Part shown: positions 16,078-25,345 of the stretch, piece after piece
How positions within the stretch are numbered: position 1 is the stretch's first letter
Layout: the number at the start of each line of letters is the position of its first letter
Origin: Spirochaetia bacterium
GTDB taxonomy: Bacteria; Spirochaetota; Spirochaetia; DSM-27196; Salinispiraceae
Length of the DNA stretch: 32,000 bases
Assembly: GCA_038204425.1 (NCBI GenBank)
Contig: JBBRCZ010000012.1
Location: forward strand, 12,607 to 44,606
Reading direction: 5' to 3'
Position numbers and translations under genes: made by a program
The notes under the pieces: generated by a model
Seen by the model: only the letters and a program-made list of their open reading frames with translations
Told to the model about the DNA's origin: nothing
Database searches by the model: none

Positions 16078-18300
16078 TTAGGACTGCTTAGAAGCCAATG
16101 ACTGCAAGCGCGAGATCAGCTCTAAATTGAGCTTGTGGATGCCTGCAATCCTATGGGATGTTCCAATAAAAGATTCAATCTGGCCGCCAATTTTTCCTGC
16201 ACTTTCTTTGATAGATGCCAGTTCGCCAACCAAATCCTCCATGTCGCGTTCTAGTGATTGCGTACTCTGATTTTGATTGTCGGCCTGGACGCGAATATCC
16301 TCACTCGCCTCTGAAAGCGAACGAAGTTCGCCTCGGATAGTAAGACTCGAACTTTTTTGGTTCTGTGAAATTTCGTATAGAGACTCCACTTGATCCATTG
16401 CTTCTTTACTATCCTTGGTTATCTTTTCTAAGATTACCTCGGTGGCTTCGCTTACTTCGCTGCCTTGTTCTATGCTTCCCTGAATCTCACCAATGCGTCC
16501 GTTTATCTCTTGAGAACGTTCTGCACTGCCGCTTGCCAAGCGTTGAATCTCGTTGGCGACAACGGCAAAACCTTTGCCCGTCTCACCAGCATGAGCTGCT
16601 TCAATAGCTGCATTCATAGACAAGAGATTAGTCTGCTCTGCAAGATCAGTTACCGCACGTACTATATCGTTGATAGTCTGAGAAAGCGTACGAATGTTGT
16701 CCATAGCCTCACGTGAGCTCAAAACAGATGATTGGGCTTCACGTACCAAGCTATCTAGCTTGCGAGTAAACTCCGAAGTACGTCCCAACTTGTCAGAACT
16801 CGACTCAAGCTCCTCGAGCATCTTAGCAATTGCATCAAAGGTTGTTTTGACTCTTTTTTCCTGCGCCATTACCTGCATTTGGATCTGCCCTACTGCTCGG
16901 CTTAAGTTCTTGACTGATTTTTGGGCACCACTTGCAGCCACATACTCCTGACTAAGTGACTGCTGAATTGTATCAGTTTCGGTCCTAATACTGGCCGCGG
17001 TAGCACTAGACTCTATTATAGCTTGATTGAGTTCGTGACTTATACCAACCACTTCCAAGGTCATCTCCGCAATAGCTCCAAGATTCTCTTTGAGTCTCAA
17101 CTCCTGCTGGCGCATTGCGCCTTCAGACGCAGCCAGGGCCTTTTGGGTCTTAATGTTTCTTACAGCAATTAAAACAAAAACAGAAAAATTGAAGCCAAAC
17201 GTACCTATACCTTGCATCCAAACCAAAATATCAAGGTTTAGGAACTCAGCAATCATATCGTGTGTTGCCCAGCCAACACCCCAAAGTGTTCCGATCAGTG
17301 TGATCCAGATTTCTTTCTGGCGACTTTTTTTGAGTGCAATTATTGAAATTGTCAAAATAAGGAATATTTCTAGTTGATCAGGAATCAGGCTAAGGAAAAG
17401 TCGCGGTTCGCCAGCGGCAACCGTAGGCGCAAGCAGGATGTAGACAAAAAAGAAGAGACTATTGGCCATAATTAGTAATTTGAGCCAGAGTTTGTCAAAG
17501 ACCTTAAAGTTCTCTATAAAAAACCAAGTCAAGAATCCGATTGCTAAAGCTGAGCTTGCTTGGCAAAAATTAAAGGTAAGATGAAACGGCAAATAGTCCA
17601 GGGTGTAGGCAAATCGTAAGAAAAAGAAGCCAAAAAACAAGTTGGACAGAGCGAGCAAGAGAGTCTGCCTTTCCTTGAGGTTGTAAAAATACTGGAGCAG
17701 AAAAAAGAGAAATATGAAGAAGTTGATAAAGGCAAAAACACCGTAGAGGTCAATATTTAAAAAGTTTACCAATCCGTCTACTTCTGTCAGGGTTAGTTCG
17801 TCGCCCCAATGAAATACCGGCAGAATCGCACTGCCACCCTCGCGATAGAGTCTAATCAACAGATAATTGGATTGGTTCTCGCGCCAAAGTCCCTCGGGCA
17901 CAAAAGCCCAGACTTGCTGCCCAAATCGATACAAGAGCTCTGGACTTTCTCTTCCATTCTTAAAGACCAAACTATCATTGAAATAGACTTCCATTAGTGC
18001 GCTAGCGGCGCCCAAAAAAAGGTACCGATGCGTGGCATCGGGAGTATGGGCTTGACTAATTTCTTTGCTAAACCACCAGGATCGCCCTTGAGTTGCCTCA
18101 AAGTCTACTTCAATAGGAAGAGATGCTGATTTCCACGCGCCGGTTCCAAATATAGATGCGTCTTGAGGCTTTTCCATGCTCGCTAAATAACGCCACCCGT
18201 CAGTGAGATTCTGGGCATACGAAGTATGCCCGATACTCAAAAGCACGACTATCACCAGCAATCTTTTGAGAGTCGTATGAAATAAACTGTCTTCGTGCAT
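16078..18300 (-). CDS. methyl-accepting chemotaxis protein with 7TMR-DISM-type extracellular and 7-TM input module
   Basis: Signal peptide, jelly-roll-like ectodomain ([21 protein letters not shown]) and about 7 TM helices. A long coiled coil ends in the MCP hairpin core [40 protein letters not shown] upstream of the ATG. Confidence 0.85.
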   Translation of the reverse strand: MHEDSLFHTTLKRLLVIVVLLSIGHTSYAQNLTDGWRYLASMEKPQDASIFGTGAWKSASLPIEVDFEATQGRSWWFSKEISQAHTPDATHRYLFLGAASALMEVYFNDSLVFKNGRESPELLYRFGQQVWAFVPEGLWRENQSNYLLIRLYREGGSAILPVFHWGDELTLTEVDGLVNFLNIDLYGVFAFINFFIFLFFLLQYFYNLKERQTLLLALSNLFFGFFFLRFAYTLDYLPFHLTFNFCQASSALAIGFLTWFFIENFKVFDKLWLKLLIMANSLFFFVYILLAPTVAAGEPRLFLSLIPDQLEIFLILTISIIALKKSRQKEIWITLIGTLWGVGWATHDMIAEFLNLDILVWMQGIGTFGFNFSVFVLIAVRNIKTQKALAASEGAMRQQELRLKENLGAIAEMTLEVVGISHELNQAIIESSATAASIRTETDTIQQSLSQEYVAASGAQKSVKNLSRAVGQIQMQVMAQEKRVKTTFDAIAKMLEELESSSDKLGRTSEFTRKLDSLVREAQSSVLSSREAMDNIRTLSQTINDIVRAVTDLAEQTNLLSMNAAIEAAHAGETGKGFAVVANEIQRLASGSAERSQEINGRIGEIQGSIEQGSEVSEATEVILEKITKDSKEAMDQVESLYEISQNQKSSSLTIRGELRSLSEASEDIRVQADNQNQSTQSLERDMEDLVGELASIKESAGKIGGQIESFIGTSHRIAGIHKLNLELISRLQSLASKQS

Positions 18301-18357
18301 TAAGCAGACTCCCTTTTGAGCGATCCCCTATTTAGTATGGCCTATCACTTTGGTGAT

Positions 18358-18386
18358 TTCCAGTATATTTTTATACAAGCGATAAT
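18358..18386 (+). promoter_or_regulatory. candidate polB promoter (TTCCAG-N17-GATAAT) with dyad GTATA-N4-TATAC in the spacer
   Basis: TTCCAG tatatttttatacaagc GATAAT. The 14-bp inverted repeat GTATATTTTTATAC occupies 18363-18376. Confidence 0.3.
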
Positions 18387-18454
18387 TGATAACGATCGGT
18401 AGCAATGGAGCTGAACGCGATCAACTGAATATCTACAGGAGTAAGACGCGGCCT

Positions 18455-20884
18455 ATGTCTCAAGACGCAACGACTCATGCCTGGCCACAAAGTGGCTTTA
18501 TAGTGCAATCATGGGTGCACGACGGACAACTCAGAATTGTAGGTCGTCTTGAAAACGGCAAGAGCTTTGCCCTAGTCGTCGATGATCCCGAACAAGAGTT
18601 TTTTTTGTCGGCAAGGCAGCAACAAACTCTCAAGCAGATTCTGAGTCGATCACCAGACTGGGACCAGTTGGGCTTAGAGAACTGGCAAAGCTTTGCAGGA
18701 GAAGCTCTGATTCGGATCACCGTCCCCTGGTCAAAAAAAGCAAAACTTTCTCAGTTTTTGTCTAGCTCTGGTTTGCTTGTGCAGCGCAATCAAGGCGACG
18801 AAGATCAAGTTCACTTGGCAAATCGTCACATTGGAAGAACAATTAGGATCGATTGTACCAAAAACAGCAAGTCAACGGTTGGTCGCCGGGTTGACGTGGT
18901 GCTCACCAAGCCGAGCATTACGAAAAGCGACAAGGTCCCTGCCCTGCGATGGCTTTCTATTGATATTGAAACCAAACCAGACATGCAAATAGTCGCAGTT
19001 GGTCTAGTATGGGGCATGTGTGGTCAAAAACCAGTCAACGGTTTGGCCCCGGCGCGCCAAGGATCGGTGGTCTTTTGGCGAGGAGTTCCGCTTTCCGCGG
19101 CTCACATTCGAAGCTTTGCAACTGAAGCCGGAATGCTTACTGCACTAAGTGCGCAAATTAGGGAAATTGACCCCGATGTTATTAGTGGGTGGAACGTCTT
19201 AGAATTTGACCTGCGTGTGCTTTATCGCCGCTACCAAACTTGTGGACTCGCCTTCGATTGGGGGCGAACTGAGGATCAAGTTTCTAGCGTTCAACTGAGC
19301 TCCACTCGGTTTTTGCAGGCAATTATTCCAGGCAGACAAGTACTTGATGCCATGCGATTGGCTCGTTCAAGCGGAGGAAATTTTGAAGACTACCGACTTG
19401 GAACAGTGGCAAGTCAGGTCTTGGGCAAAAACAAACAAGTAAGTAGCCAAGGTAAACAAAAACTCATTGAGCTCGAGCAACTACAGAGCAGTGATCCATT
19501 GGCATTTTGTAATTATTGCTTAGAGGATGCTCGATTGGCGCTTGATATAGTTGATAAGCTAGGGCTTGCCTCCCTGACATGCATTCGCTCCAGCCTAACT
19601 GGAGTTAACCTAGAGCGTGCGTGGACCAGTATTCAGAGTTTTGAACACTGCTATGGTTTGGAACTTCGCAAACGCAAAATTATAGAACCCAGCCGTTTTG
19701 ACCGTACCATCGCACAGGGCGCAGAAGGAGGAACCGTCTTGGATGCTTCGCCAGGACTTTTCCACAAGGTCTTGGTGCTTGACTTTCGCAGTCTCTACCC
19801 TAGCATTATGCGTACTTTTTCAATCGATCCCCTGGCATACCAACGATGTAAACAAACGCTGCAAAACCACGAGCAGTCAATCTCAGACCAGATTGTCCAT
19901 GCGCCCAACGGCGCATGCTTTGACAGCACTTTGGCAATACTGCCAGACATGCTGTCGAGCTACGCCAGTGCGCGGGCCCGGGCCCTAGCGCAAGATGACG
20001 AGGTCGCTTCGCACGTCTATAAAATTCTCCAGAATTCGTTCTATGGTGTCTTGGGTGCGGCCGGATGTCGCTATGGACTTAGCGCCCTGGCCGGTGCCAT
20101 AACCAGCTTTGGCAAGCATTTTTTGTACTTCGCGCGTGACTTTTGCTTACAAAAGGGTCTAAGAGTACTCTACGGAGATACTGACTCGGTCTTTGTTCAA
20201 ATGCCAAGCCAGATAGAGTTATCAGAGCTCAAAGAGCAAGGAGGATTGTTGATTCAGCAGATCAACCATGCAATAAGTCAACACGTCCGCAAGCTCTGGA
20301 AAACTGAGTCGTTTCTCGAAATACGCTGCGATCAGATATTTGAGAAATTCCTCATCCCACGTCTGCGCATTGATTCATCAGGTGACCGAGGCAGGGCCAA
20401 GGGCTACGCCGGGTGTAGCCATCCGGCACAAGAGCTAATCATTAAAGGCATGGAGGCGATCAGAAGCGACTACACCGAACTGGCGAAGGACTTTCAGCGA
20501 CAACTTCTAACGAAGCTCTTTGCAGGAGAAAGTGCACAAGCAGTCAGTGAATTTGCAAGGTATACGCTGTTCCAGCTGGGTGCAGGTCTGGTCGATGACA
20601 AACTTGTTTACAAAAAAGTGCTACGACGAGCCGCCGACGACTACCATCATGGACACTCTCCGCAGGTAAGGGCCGCAAAACTCCTTGGTTGGACCACTCA
20701 GCGCGGCAGAATTGCCTACCTAATGACCTTGGCTGGTCCTCAAGAACTGACTATGGTTTCTTCTAAACCAGACTACAAGCACTACCAAGAACATCAACTG
20801 CGCCCCATCTGGGAATCCTTGGTCCTTAGTGCCGGTCTTAGCGTTGAGGACCCCTTTGAGAAGCAATTGAACCTCGATTGGTAG
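18455..20884 (+). CDS. polB: family B DNA polymerase (Pol II-like) with 3'-5' exonuclease domain
   Basis: Exo motifs: LSIDIET, SGWNVLEFDLRVL, YCLEDARLALD. Polymerase motifs: A (LDFRSLYPSIM), B (KILQNSFYGVLG), C (YGDTDSVFV). ATG 18455 gives an N-terminus (QSGFIVQSWV...) that is colinear with E. coli Pol II. The track's TTG at 18386 lies inside the putative promoter. Confidence 0.9.
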   Translation: MSQDATTHAWPQSGFIVQSWVHDGQLRIVGRLENGKSFALVVDDPEQEFFLSARQQQTLKQILSRSPDWDQLGLENWQSFAGEALIRITVPWSKKAKLSQFLSSSGLLVQRNQGDEDQVHLANRHIGRTIRIDCTKNSKSTVGRRVDVVLTKPSITKSDKVPALRWLSIDIETKPDMQIVAVGLVWGMCGQKPVNGLAPARQGSVVFWRGVPLSAAHIRSFATEAGMLTALSAQIREIDPDVISGWNVLEFDLRVLYRRYQTCGLAFDWGRTEDQVSSVQLSSTRFLQAIIPGRQVLDAMRLARSSGGNFEDYRLGTVASQVLGKNKQVSSQGKQKLIELEQLQSSDPLAFCNYCLEDARLALDIVDKLGLASLTCIRSSLTGVNLERAWTSIQSFEHCYGLELRKRKIIEPSRFDRTIAQGAEGGTVLDASPGLFHKVLVLDFRSLYPSIMRTFSIDPLAYQRCKQTLQNHEQSISDQIVHAPNGACFDSTLAILPDMLSSYASARARALAQDDEVASHVYKILQNSFYGVLGAAGCRYGLSALAGAITSFGKHFLYFARDFCLQKGLRVLYGDTDSVFVQMPSQIELSELKEQGGLLIQQINHAISQHVRKLWKTESFLEIRCDQIFEKFLIPRLRIDSSGDRGRAKGYAGCSHPAQELIIKGMEAIRSDYTELAKDFQRQLLTKLFAGESAQAVSEFARYTLFQLGAGLVDDKLVYKKVLRRAADDYHHGHSPQVRAAKLLGWTTQRGRIAYLMTLAGPQELTMVSSKPDYKHYQEHQLRPIWESLVLSAGLSVEDPFEKQLNLDW

Positions 20885-20901
20885 TCAGGCCACTACAATC
20901 C

Positions 20902-20931
20902 TTGACGAAACTTAAGTATGTCGCTTATATT
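20902..20931 (+). promoter_or_regulatory. candidate sigma-70 promoter for cysK (TTGACG-N17/18-TTATAT/TATATT)
   Basis: TTGACG aaacttaagtatgtcgc TTATATT, about 65 nt upstream of the cysK start. Confidence 0.4.
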
Positions 20932-20994
20932 ACTTGGAGATGCTGCATTTTAATGATAGCAGCTATTTTTCAACACCAAAGCAAGGAGAAATAA

Positions 20995-21909
20995 TTGAAA
21001 GCAAACAATATTTTAGAAACTATTGGAAATACTCCCCATGTACGTATCAACCGGCTTTTTGGCAAAACTGCCGAGGTCTGGGTCAAGCTCGAAAAAGCCA
21101 ATCCTGGCAATAGCATTAAGGATCGCATCGCGCTAGCAATGATTGAGGATGCCGAAAAAAAAGAACTAATTAAAGCTGGTACGGTAATAATTGAGCCGAC
21201 CTCTGGCAACACTGGCATTGGACTGGCTTTGGTTGCGGCAGTAAAAGGTTATCAAATTATCTTGGTAATGCCGGAGTCAATGTCCTTGGAACGCAGAAGG
21301 TTGATTGCCGCCTACGGAGCAAAACTTGAACTTACCCCACGAGAGAAAGGTATGAAAGGCGCAATTGCCCGCGCTCAAGAACTCAAAGAAGAAATCGGCA
21401 ATGCTTGGATCCCTCAACAGTTTGAAAACCAAGCCAACATTGATGCCCACAGCCGAACTACCGCGCTTGAAATTCTCAAGGATTTTCCAGAAGGCTTTGA
21501 CGCCATCATTACGGGAGTAGGAACAGGCGGACACATTACCGGCATCGGTGAAATTCTCAAGCCAAAGTTTCCTAAATTGAAAATTTTTGCGGTAGAACCT
21601 GCCGCATCGCCAGTTATATCCGGGGGTCAGCCAAGTCCACACCCTATTCAGGGCATTGGCGCTGGCTTTATTCCCACCAACTTACATCAAGGTATTCTGG
21701 ACGGCGTGATTACTGTTAGCAAAGAAGAAGCCTTTGAATACACAGTCCGGGCCGCCAAAGAGGAAGGTATTTTTGGTGGTATATCCTCAGGCGCAAGCCT
21801 TGCAGCGGTGGCAAAAAAAATACCCGAACTTGGCAAAGAACCGAGGATTTTGACCTTTAACTACGATACTGGTGAGCGTTACCTTTCGGTAGAAGGTTTA
21901 TTTACCTGA
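20995..21909 (+). CDS. cysK: cysteine synthase A (O-acetylserine sulfhydrylase)
   Basis: PLP-lysine motif [12 protein letters not shown], then [20 protein letters not shown] and SSGASL. TTG start with AAGGAG SD 8 nt upstream. Confidence 0.9.
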   Translation: MKANNILETIGNTPHVRINRLFGKTAEVWVKLEKANPGNSIKDRIALAMIEDAEKKELIKAGTVIIEPTSGNTGIGLALVAAVKGYQIILVMPESMSLERRRLIAAYGAKLELTPREKGMKGAIARAQELKEEIGNAWIPQQFENQANIDAHSRTTALEILKDFPEGFDAIITGVGTGGHITGIGEILKPKFPKLKIFAVEPAASPVISGGQPSPHPIQGIGAGFIPTNLHQGILDGVITVSKEEAFEYTVRAAKEEGIFGGISSGASLAAVAKKIPELGKEPRILTFNYDTGERYLSVEGLFT

Positions 21910-24309
21910 TACGCTGTTACTTGAAGTTGATGCAGGTGCCAGGCAGGGGAAGTCGAGTTGAAAAACCGTACCTTGCGCTGGTACCGACTTGCAACTGATA
22001 GTGCCACCCAAGCGGTGCGTGGCCAAGTTGTAGACAATATACAAGCCCAATCCAGTACTTCCAGCCCCTCTTCGTGTAGTATAGAATGGTTCAAAAATGT
22101 GATTGAGGGTCTCTTTCTCGATGCCCTTGCCATTGTCTTCAACTTCTATACGAGCCCAGCCTTCTTTGTATTCAAGTTGAAAGAATCGAATGTTAATAGT
22201 GGATCCTTCCGGCGGATTTCCTGAAAAACCATGAATCAAGGCGTTCATAATCAAATTGGTTACAATATCGATAAACGGCGACGCATGAGTGCAAACCATT
22301 AAGTCTTCAGGACCTTCCAAGCTCGGCATTATTCCCGAACGCTTGAGCTGAGGACCCAGAATTCTCACGATATCTTGGAGAAACGAAGCCAAAGAGAAGC
22401 TATGTATCTCGTCTCGTGGGTGTTCTGATGCCACTTTTTTGAAGCTGCGCACTAGCTCGTCAGCCCTCATTAAGTTGCGAAGCAAAATGTGCAAACTCTC
22501 CTCGGTATCGACGATAAACCTTTCGAGTTCTGAGCGACTAATTTGCCCTTCTCTAAAGTTACTTGCCAAGGGTTGCAACGATTCTTGAATATGTGTAGTA
22601 GCCGTAATACCAATCCCCAGTGGAGTATTAACCTCGTGGGCAACGCCGGCAACCAAAGTAGTCAAGGCCTGCATCTTTTCTGTTTCGATACGAACCTTGA
22701 GCTGTTCTTCTATGTTTTGTTTGACTATTTCTTTCTGACGATAATCTCGGTCCAACAACATTGACAACTGATCTTGCAGGTTCATGTAAATTAAGCCATT
22801 GTCAGGAAAAAGCTTAAATATCGATACACCGTACCAACGTTCGCCAACCACCAAAGGCATAACTACAAAGCTGACCGAGGGTGACATCTCAAACCAACCA
22901 TTTGGTACAATGGTGGCTGAGTCATAGTCAATTGTTCCAAGCGAAAACGTATCAAGTTTGGAAATTGACGGATTAGAAATAAGTGTGTGCATCTTTACCG
23001 GTGGTTTTGGCAGCAGATGCCCATCCTCCATGGCAGGCACAACCGGTGCAAGCTGACCATCTTCGTCGGTTGTAACTGCTACCAAATAGGTGTCCAAACC
23101 AAGCTGGGGCAAAAAGTTGGTCAGCGTCTCACAAATCTGCTGCATATCCATTGCGGTGTTGAGACTTCGCAGCATGGCATCTAACATTCGTGTGAGCAAC
23201 TTTTGGCGACCAAAAGCGTGGTAGTTGCGTTCGACCAGACCTTGAAATAAGGTAATGGCAGATATTGAATCTGCAGTACCATTAAGCTGCTTCTTTCCTA
23301 TACTTTTCAGAAAAGAAAACAAGGTGTCTTCTTCCAAATTACGTCTTTGCAAAAAACCTGAGAACGAACTGTGCAGGGGGATATCAAGCCGTTGGGAAAG
23401 TTCCAAGAAGAATGGATCCTTTTCTGCAGAAGGAAAGTCGCTCCATTCTGCTGGAGAACAGCCACAAGATGCACGGTAAACTGGCCTGCACGGCAGCGTA
23501 ATCAAATCAGGGTGAGATGCTTTGCCTTCGATGCGATCCATGAGAGTCCAAAGTGCAACCGCCATTTGAAACTCTATCGGCTGATTAACCGTACTCAAGC
23601 TCGGACTCTCATAACGAGCTTCTGGAACATCATCAAAACCAATAACCGAGACATCCTCGGGAACGCGCAGTCCTCGTTCTTGAAGCTCACGAATCGCAGC
23701 AAACGCCGCCAAGTCGTTGGGACAACACAAGCCGTCAAAGGGACCTTGGGCCAAAAGTTCATCAATCCAATCGCTCATTCGATAAGGATCAAAGTTGCCT
23801 TGAACCCAGTGGCTTGCTTCGATCTTACGCGATGCAAGTACATTTTTCCAAGCATCAAAGCGAATAGTGGCTTCAGAGTTATTGATCGGACCTCTAATAC
23901 AAGCCACACGTCGGCGTTCGTGAATTACAAATAGATGGCGAATAAGCAATTCCAAAGCAGGGCGATTTTCTATGTCAACGCAGGGAATTTTGCCTAGTTG
24001 ATAGCTCATGGTGACGGATGGCAGATCCAAGAGATCCGGAACGAGAAGTTGATTGTCGTCAAAAATGGTCAAAAAAGTGGTCGTGTAAAGCAAGCCATCA
24101 AAGGTTTGCTTTCCTGGCATGCGTAATAGGCAGTTATGGTAAAATGGAGCAAGTTGGTCTGGCGGACTGCGACGACTGGGCAAGACCACCAAATCATAGT
24201 TTCGTGCTCGGCAAAGCGGCTCCCAGCCCTTCCAGTTACTGATCTGAAAGACGTCGGTGCTCTCCAGTTCGTGGTCAATGATTCCAATCCGGCGTCTTCT
24301 CATCTTCAC
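21898..24309 (-). CDS. soluble histidine kinase fused to a LacI/GalR-type (PBP type I) ligand-binding domain without HTH
   Basis: Residues ~1-290 match the LacI effector domain: [78 protein letters not shown]. The middle ~250 aa are GAF-like or unassigned. C-terminus: H-box [15 protein letters not shown], then [22 protein letters not shown] and [14 protein letters not shown]. No TM helix, no HTH, no receiver domain. Confidence 0.85.
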   Translation of the reverse strand: MKMRRRRIGIIDHELESTDVFQISNWKGWEPLCRARNYDLVVLPSRRSPPDQLAPFYHNCLLRMPGKQTFDGLLYTTTFLTIFDDNQLLVPDLLDLPSVTMSYQLGKIPCVDIENRPALELLIRHLFVIHERRRVACIRGPINNSEATIRFDAWKNVLASRKIEASHWVQGNFDPYRMSDWIDELLAQGPFDGLCCPNDLAAFAAIRELQERGLRVPEDVSVIGFDDVPEARYESPSLSTVNQPIEFQMAVALWTLMDRIEGKASHPDLITLPCRPVYRASCGCSPAEWSDFPSAEKDPFFLELSQRLDIPLHSSFSGFLQRRNLEEDTLFSFLKSIGKKQLNGTADSISAITLFQGLVERNYHAFGRQKLLTRMLDAMLRSLNTAMDMQQICETLTNFLPQLGLDTYLVAVTTDEDGQLAPVVPAMEDGHLLPKPPVKMHTLISNPSISKLDTFSLGTIDYDSATIVPNGWFEMSPSVSFVVMPLVVGERWYGVSIFKLFPDNGLIYMNLQDQLSMLLDRDYRQKEIVKQNIEEQLKVRIETEKMQALTTLVAGVAHEVNTPLGIGITATTHIQESLQPLASNFREGQISRSELERFIVDTEESLHILLRNLMRADELVRSFKKVASEHPRDEIHSFSLASFLQDIVRILGPQLKRSGIMPSLEGPEDLMVCTHASPFIDIVTNLIMNALIHGFSGNPPEGSTINIRFFQLEYKEGWARIEVEDNGKGIEKETLNHIFEPFYTTRRGAGSTGLGLYIVYNLATHRLGGTISCKSVPAQGTVFQLDFPCLAPASTSSNSVSGK

Positions 24310-24336
24310 CTTTTCGACACTAGGTGCCTTGTTTTC

Positions 24337-25212
24337 TCAATAAAGAACCAAGAGTGGATTTATTGGCCTACCTCTCTGATACACAGCAAAGTGTAAGTGG
24401 GTTCCTGTAGACTTGCCACTGTTGCCCACCAATCCAATAACATGTCCTTCTTTGACAACTTGTCCTTTGCGGACATTGATGGCAGATAGATGTGCAAAGA
24501 GCGTGCTATAACCACCGTCATGTTGAAGCTGAATGTAGTTTCCTAAAGCATTGTCATAACTTGCAGTTATTACCGTGCCTCGGCGTGGTGCACGAATACT
24601 GGCCCCGTAGGGAGTCACCATATCGATGGCACGGTGAAAAGATCTGCGCCCCGAAAAAGGATCATAGCGATAGCCAAAGCGCTCGGACAAATACCAGCTT
24701 CGTACTGGATGAGTAAATATGTCGCCAGAGACCCGTTTGAGTTCTTTGCTGTCCATGCGAACCTGTTTGAGAAAAACACTAGCGCCGGGCAGTTTCCAGC
24801 CTCGGCCTGGCTTAGGAACCACTATTCTATCTGGAGAAAGCTTGTAGTGCTCGCTTATGGCGGCGATAGTTTCGCCCTTCTTAATTTTATGTACGATGCC
24901 ATCCATGTTTGGCACTTGGAGATTCTGTCCAATTCTAAGCCCGCGGGCGTTGTTGATTTCGTTTACCGAAATAAGCGTGTCGGTCCTCAACTGGTTATCG
25001 CGGGCAATTTTTTCTAGTGTATCGCCCGAAACAACTTGGTGCGAAGTAAAACTTAGGTCGAGTTTTTCGATTCGCTCTTTCTCTGCGAGTTCTGCCGCGT
25101 TGTTGTCTTGTTCAACGATTTCAGCGAGCATACCTGAGTTACATGAATAAAAATTTAGGGTCGCTACGACAACTACAAAGCAAAGAGTTGCTTTAAGGGC
25201 TGGTTTTAACAT
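24337..25212 (-). CDS. exported LysM-LysM-M23 peptidoglycan metalloendopeptidase
   Basis: Signal peptide. Two LysM repeats (HQVVSGDTLEKIARDNQL...; HKIKKGETIAAISEHYKL...). M23 motifs HRAIDM, NYIQLQHDGGYSTLFAHL and GNSGKSTGTHLHFAV. SD AGAGGAA upstream. Confidence 0.85.
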   Translation of the reverse strand: MLKPALKATLCFVVVVATLNFYSCNSGMLAEIVEQDNNAAELAEKERIEKLDLSFTSHQVVSGDTLEKIARDNQLRTDTLISVNEINNARGLRIGQNLQVPNMDGIVHKIKKGETIAAISEHYKLSPDRIVVPKPGRGWKLPGASVFLKQVRMDSKELKRVSGDIFTHPVRSWYLSERFGYRYDPFSGRRSFHRAIDMVTPYGASIRAPRRGTVITASYDNALGNYIQLQHDGGYSTLFAHLSAINVRKGQVVKEGHVIGLVGNSGKSTGTHLHFAVYQRGRPINPLLVLY

Positions 25213-25345
25213 GGAATTCCTCTAAACACTGCCCTTTCGAGCTGAATGGTAGGATACTAAACCAGCATTCAAACCTGTGTCAAAACAATTCGTCTTGTCT
25301 GTCTAGTATTCGTTCCGTTTACTATCGGCAAATCCGCACGTAAAT

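Noticed and set aside
16067-16081. The 15-bp palindrome CTAAGCT-G-AGCTTAG spanning the mutM and MCP stop codons, considered as a bidirectional terminator.
   Set aside because: The effective RNA stem would be 6 bp or less, AT-rich, and with no flanking T/A tracts. It may simply result from two stop-codon contexts abutting. It is mentioned only within the convergent-junction finding.
18386-18454. TTG-initiated 23-codon extension of polB.
   Set aside because: The TTG coincides with the end of the -10-like GATAAT. The homologous Pol II N-terminus begins near ATG 18455, which has AGGAG upstream.
20942-20970. Hairpin GCTGC-N12-GCAGC followed by TATTTTT in the cysK leader, considered as an attenuator or terminator.
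   Set aside because: The stem is only 5 bp with a 12-nt loop and the T-run is interrupted. That is too weak to call, and no anti-terminator or T-box/riboswitch features are visible.
23371-23934. Long antisense ORFs inside well-supported genes. Examples are 23371-23934 (187 aa), 4218-4655 (145 aa), 11644-12066 (140 aa), 5139-5510 (123 aa), 21277-21642 (121 aa) and 24634-25017 (127 aa).
   Set aside because: Each lies entirely opposite a gene with strong family motifs. Their compositions are Arg/Ser/Cys-rich and low-complexity, typical of shadow frames, and they lack SD sequences. They are best explained as antisense frame artefacts.
25243-25275. Imperfect inverted repeat (TGAATGGT ... ACCAGCATTCA) between the S1 peptidase and M23 genes, considered as a terminator.
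   Set aside because: The stem is bulged and no T-tract follows it on the minus strand, so it cannot be distinguished from chance.
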